DNA of 64,000 nt from Candidatus Woesearchaeota archaeon. GTDB taxonomy: Archaea > Nanobdellota > Nanobdellia > Woesearchaeales > UBA525. Positions 60,205-64,000 of this stretch are shown piece by piece; the first letter of the stretch is position 1, and each line of letters begins with the position of its first letter. Position numbers and translations under genes: made by a program. The notes below the pieces were generated by a model. It saw only the letters and a list, made by a program, of their open reading frames with translations. It had not been told where the DNA came from and ran no database searches. The stretch covers positions 16,557 to 80,556 of the forward strand of contig JAPPOH010000006.1 in assembly GCA_028818155.1 (NCBI GenBank), in the 5' to 3' direction.

Positions 60205-61760
60205 GTTGTGCACTCCGCGTCCCTGGGAAGGTAGACGTTCTCTGGTGAAAGGTCTTTCACAGAGGCGCAACCCATGGACGCGAGCATCTCTTCAAAGTCG
60301 TGTTCGAGGTTCTTTACATAGTTTGCGACTCTAACCGCTTTGTCTTTGATAACGAGTCCTTTCTGGAAATGAGGGTCGTGCGTTGTAATGCCGACTGGGC
60401 AGGTGTTTTTATTACATTGGAGTGCTTGGATGCATCCGAGTGCGAGCATGAAGCCTCTCGCCGTGTAGATTGCGTCCGCTCCTAATGCTAAAGCTGTCAT
60501 TTGCTTGCCGGGATTGATGAGTTTGCCTGCGCACATGAGTTTGAGTTTGTTCCTGACCTTTTCTTCTTTCAGGATCCTGTTGACGATCGGGAGGGATTTG
60601 AAGATCGGGAGGCCTGATTCATCCATAAAGCTCTTTGGTGCCGCGCCCGTGCCGCCTTCTGCGCCGTCAATCGTGATGTAGTCAGGGAATACTTTTTGTT
60701 TTTTCATTTCTTTGATGAGTGCTCTGAACTCGTCTTCTCGCCCGAAGCACATTTTGATGCCGACAGGCAGTTGTGCAACGTCCTGGACGTGCTTGATAAA
60801 AGCGACTGTGCTTTTTGCATCTGTGCATTCCTTGTGGTGAGGTGGGGAAATAACATCTTCTCCCATCGGCACGCCTCTGAGTTCCGCGATTTCTGCAGTG
60901 ATCTTCTCTTTTGGGAGGAGGCCTCCTTTCCCGGGCTTTGCGCCTTGGGAGAATTTGATCTCGATCATCTTGATTTGTGGTTTCTTTGCGAGCGCCTTGA
61001 GTTTTTTGTCGTTCAATGTACCATCGTTATTTCTGACACCGAACTTTGCCGTCCCCATCTGGAAAATGAGGTCGCAGTCTTCCATCATGTGGTACTTTGG
61101 GTAGCCTCCTTCACCTGTGTTCATGGGGATGCCTGCTGCTTTCGCGCCTCGTGCTAACGCTCTCACTGCGTTTTGTCCAAGTGCACCGTAGCTCATCGCG
61201 CTAATGATGAATGGCTTCGTGATCGTGTATGTGTTTTTGATCTTTCGTTCTTCCCCGAACGTGACCTTGTATGGCTGCTGAAATTCTTTATCCACCGGGT
61301 AGAGTGAATGCCGCAGTTTAATTTCATGGTTATCAAAGTTGAGGAGGGAGCCGAAGGATTGTGAGCTGTCCGCGTTCTTTGCCTTCCTGTAGACTTCTGC
61401 ACGCTCGTTTCTGCTGAATGGCTTCTCTTCTGTGTCTGACGCGTACAAGTATTGCCTGAGTTCAGGGCCGATGCTCTCGATGAGGTATCTCATTTGTGCG
61501 ATAATACCGAAATTTCTGAGGAGCGTGTGTCTCGTTTGCACGTGTCGATAGAAGAAATTGACTAACGTAAGGAAAATGAAGCTTACTGTGAGGAAATGGA
61601 AGGCGAAATGGATGAAATAGCCGAGGGCTCCAAACAAGACTGCAGTTGCTGGAATCGCGATGTTCGTGGCAACCGCCATCTTCGGTAGATCAACTGCGAG
61701 TCTCGACATTCCCCCTCGGTGCTCGCTGATCCGCAGGTGTTTATAAGGTTTCTCCCGCAT
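60201..61760 (-). CDS. FMN-binding glutamate synthase-family protein (GltS domain 2 homolog) with N-terminal membrane helices
   Basis: 519 aa. ISAMSYGAL, KFSQGAKPGKGG, IDGAEGGTGAAP and CNKNTCPVGITT motifs. The start is uncertain (61760 or 61709). Confidence 0.8.
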   Translation of the reverse strand: MREKPYKHLRISEHRGGMSRLAVDLPKMAVATNIAIPATAVLFGALGYFIHFAFHFLTVSFIFLTLVNFFYRHVQTRHTLLRNFGIIAQMRYLIESIGPELRQYLYASDTEEKPFSRNERAEVYRKAKNADSSQSFGSLLNFDNHEIKLRHSLYPVDKEFQQPYKVTFGEERKIKNTYTITKPFIISAMSYGALGQNAVRALARGAKAAGIPMNTGEGGYPKYHMMEDCDLIFQMGTAKFGVRNNDGTLNDKKLKALAKKPQIKMIEIKFSQGAKPGKGGLLPKEKITAEIAELRGVPMGEDVISPPHHKECTDAKSTVAFIKHVQDVAQLPVGIKMCFGREDEFRALIKEMKKQKVFPDYITIDGAEGGTGAAPKSFMDESGLPIFKSLPIVNRILKEEKVRNKLKLMCAGKLINPGKQMTALALGADAIYTARGFMLALGCIQALQCNKNTCPVGITTHDPHFQKGLVIKDKAVRVANYVKNLEHDFEEMLASMGCASVKDLSPENVYLPRDAECTT

Positions 61761-61802
61761 TGAATAAAAAACCCTAAAAACCCTTTCTTATTCTCTCCCA
61801 CC

Positions 61803-62585
61803 ATGGACTTCCCCAAGAGAACGCTCATCATGGGCATCGTGAACGTCACGCCAGACTCATTCTCCGATGGCGGCACGTACAACACAGTAGAAAACGCAGT
61901 CAGGCACGCGAAACAACTCGTAAAAGACGGCGCCGACATCCTCGACATTGGTGGGGAATCAACGAGACCAGGAAGTGAACCCGTCTCCGAGAGAGAAGAG
62001 TTACAGAGAGTCCTCCCCGTCATCGAACAACTCACCAAACTCGGAGTAGAAATCAGCATTGACACCACAAAACCAGGAGTAGCAGACGCATGCTTACACG
62101 CAGGCGCAACCATCCTCAACGACGTCACGGGCCTAACGAACAATGACATGCTCGAAGTAGCGAAAAAACACGGCTGCCCCGTCGTCGTCATGCACATGCA
62201 AGGGAAGCCAAAAACGATGCAAGAGAACCCAACATACAAAGATCTCATCCAGGATATCAAAACCTTTTTCCAGCAGCAGAAGGAAAAAGCACCAGAATTA
62301 CAGTTAATTTTCGATCCGGGCATCGGCTTTGGCAAAACGTTAGAACACAATCTCGAACTCCACAGAAAACTCAGTGAATTCACAGACCTCGGCCCAATTC
62401 TCTTCGGGAGCAGCAGAAAATCCTTCATCGAACACATCACAAAACTCCCAGTCGAAGACAGGCTGGAAGCATCAATCGCAAGTAACGTCATCGCAGTCAT
62501 GCACGGCGCAAGTATAATAAGAGTGCACGATGTCAAAGAGCATAAAAAAGCAATCGCAATTGCAGACGCGGTGCAATATGGATAA
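61803..62585 (+). CDS. folP: dihydropteroate synthase
   Basis: 260 aa. IMGIVNVTPDSFSDGG, DIGGESTRPG, DPGIGFGK, IIRVHDV. Confidence 0.93.
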   Translation: MDFPKRTLIMGIVNVTPDSFSDGGTYNTVENAVRHAKQLVKDGADILDIGGESTRPGSEPVSEREELQRVLPVIEQLTKLGVEISIDTTKPGVADACLHAGATILNDVTGLTNNDMLEVAKKHGCPVVVMHMQGKPKTMQENPTYKDLIQDIKTFFQQQKEKAPELQLIFDPGIGFGKTLEHNLELHRKLSEFTDLGPILFGSSRKSFIEHITKLPVEDRLEASIASNVIAVMHGASIIRVHDVKEHKKAIAIADAVQYG

Positions 62586-62925
62586 AATCATCATCAAGAG
62601 CCTAGAGATACAAACAACAATTGGCGTTACCGAAGAAGAACGGAATAACCCGCAAAAACTCTACGTTGATGTGCAGATAGAAAAAGAACTCTGGCACGCA
62701 GGACAATCAGATACGATCGAAGACACGATTGATTATGCAACCGTTGCAGTTCACATCAAGGACATCGCAGCCAGAACACACAAACTCATCGAAACACTCG
62801 CAGAAAACATCGCAACTGATCTGCTGAAAAACTTCCCAACGAAGAGCGTCACGATCAAAGTTAAAAAACCGAGCGGCGTGCCAGAAGCACTCTACACCGC
62901 AGTGGAGATTACCAGAAATGCATAG
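62578..62925 (+). CDS. folB: dihydroneopterin aldolase
   Basis: ORF 62530..62925. The ATG at 62578 (MDKIIIKSLEIQTTIGVTEEER) overlaps the folP stop by 8 nt. DTIDYATV motif. Confidence 0.85.
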   Translation: MDKIIIKSLEIQTTIGVTEEERNNPQKLYVDVQIEKELWHAGQSDTIEDTIDYATVAVHIKDIAARTHKLIETLAENIATDLLKNFPTKSVTIKVKKPSGVPEALYTAVEITRNA

Positions 62926-63415
62926 CGTCTTCCTGGGCCTCGGCAGCAATGTGGGTGACAGAGAGCAACACATCAGTGATGCACTCACCTTGTTACCTGT
63001 AAAACAAGTCTCAGCACTCTACGAAACCTCTCCTGTGTACAACGAAGAGCAGGACTGGTTCTTGAACTGCGCTGTGGAAATAACAACAGAACTCAGCCCA
63101 CAAGCGCTCATGCAAGAGCTCCTCAAGATCGAAGCACAATTAGGAAGAACAAGAACAGCAAAGAACGGCCCGAGAATCATCGATATCGATATTCTTCTGT
63201 ACGACGATCTCATACTGGACGAAGAAGGACTAAAAATCCCACACCCGGGCATCACAGAACGATTATTCGTCTTAGAACCCCTCAATGAACTCTGCCCAGA
63301 AAAGAAACACCCTGTTCTCAAGAAACATATCGGTGCGTTACACGCAGATCTCGATACAGAACAGCAGATCAAACCGTACAATCCTACTCGTCCTCAGACG
63401 CCTTCGCGCGCTTAA
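62918..63415 (+). CDS. folK: 2-amino-4-hydroxy-6-hydroxymethyldihydropterin pyrophosphokinase
   Basis: 165 aa. LGLGSNVGDR, YETSPVY, GPRIIDIDILLYDD, IPHPGITERLFVLEPL. Confidence 0.9.
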   Translation: MHSVFLGLGSNVGDREQHISDALTLLPVKQVSALYETSPVYNEEQDWFLNCAVEITTELSPQALMQELLKIEAQLGRTRTAKNGPRIIDIDILLYDDLILDEEGLKIPHPGITERLFVLEPLNELCPEKKHPVLKKHIGALHADLDTEQQIKPYNPTRPQTPSRA

Positions 63416-64000
63416 TCTTTTTCTTCTTCACGAGTTTCTTCTTCACTTGCTTCTTCGGCAGCTCCATCTTATACTGGAACTGCTTCCTGACCGGCCAGGA
63501 AATCTCAATGTCCTCTTTCTCAAAGCGTGCATGCAGTGCTTTCACAAACTCGTGCGCTAAGAGAAACGTATCCCCCCGTGTCTTCGCACCAAGAATCACC
63601 TTGAAGTCAACATTACTATCACCGAACGTATGAAAACGAAAAATTGGATCGAACTCAGGGAGTGCACCGTCAATCGTCTTCTGCATCTTCGTCGCGACGT
63701 CCAGCGTCACATCCTCGACAAACTCAAGGTCAGAGCCATACGCAACGCCACAGTGGACTGTTGTCTTCATCATGTGCTCTGGCATGTGGAAGTTTGTCAC
63801 AACACTGCTCGCGAGCATAGCATTCGGCAAGATAACGATATTATTATCGAACGTCCTGATTCTCGTGGACCGCCAGCCAATATCTGTGACGACGCCACGA
63901 ATATTCTTTTCAGGAACTTCCACATAATCCTTGACACGGACCGGCTGATCAGAAATAATATGGATGCCCGCAAACACGTTGGATAATGTATCCTGCAAGG
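63384..64000 (-). CDS. mechanosensitive ion channel (MscS family), 5'-partial at window edge
   Basis: The C-terminal beta-domain motifs NVFAGIHIISDQPVRVKDYVEV...G.V.DIGWRSTRIRTFDNNIVILPN are present. The N-terminus lies beyond position 64000. Confidence 0.8.
   Translation of the reverse strand, partial: LQDTLSNVFAGIHIISDQPVRVKDYVEVPEKNIRGVVTDIGWRSTRIRTFDNNIVILPNAMLASSVVTNFHMPEHMMKTTVHCGVAYGSDLEFVEDVTLDVATKMQKTIDGALPEFDPIFRFHTFGDSNVDFKVILGAKTRGDTFLLAHEFVKALHARFEKEDIEISWPVRKQFQYKMELPKKQVKKKLVKKKKIKRAKASEDE

Noticed and set aside
61583-62536. 317-aa ORF antisense to folP
   Set aside because: folP on the plus strand has all canonical motifs. The antisense translation is low-complexity Ser/Cys/Met-rich.

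Overview
This is an archaeal chromosomal segment. Supporting marks are PurP, archaeal S15, MAP2, Hel308, TrmB and HTH_10 regulators, an A1:U72 initiator tRNA with introns, and TATA boxes 26-31 nt upstream of mostly leaderless start codons. A minority of genes use GGTGAT-type Shine-Dalgarno sites. Several genes look bacterial or eukaryotic in type: HU, folP-folB-folK, UvrD, DinB, an HPF-like protein and a eukaryote-type single-chain GMP synthase. That mix fits a small-genome, possibly DPANN-like lineage, but the lineage call is only a guess.

Layout:
- 0-10 kb: purine block (purA, prs, two tandem purP, guaA, purH, purF).
- 10-44 kb: accessory-rich stretch. It holds four TrmB-family regulators plus a fragment, two paralogous bicupins, several toxin-antitoxin-like pairs, a UvrD/HRDC helicase, a Hel308 lacking its first RecA domain, dinB, a Fic cassette, pseudogene scars and many hypotheticals.
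- 44-47 kb: tRNA and mobile island (tRNA-Asn, intron-containing tRNA-iMet, LAGLIDADG endonuclease, an IS with inverted repeats and a target-site duplication, tRNA-Ser).
- 47-61 kb: redox and stress genes (an HTH-LOV photoreceptor-like regulator, bcp, ADH, thioredoxin-like, rhodanese, HxlR, Hsp20, DoxX proteins).
- 61.8-63.4 kb: folP-folB-folK, then a partial MscS gene at the window edge.

The most interesting signal is a conserved box, CCACTGG(T/A)CA(C/T)G, at fixed spacing upstream of the TATA element of six promoters. These promoters drive dinB, two repair helicases, a homing endonuclease and two toxin-antitoxin modules. I read this as a candidate SOS-like DNA-damage regulon operator in an archaeon.

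All family calls come from motifs recognised by eye in the supplied translations. No database search was run.
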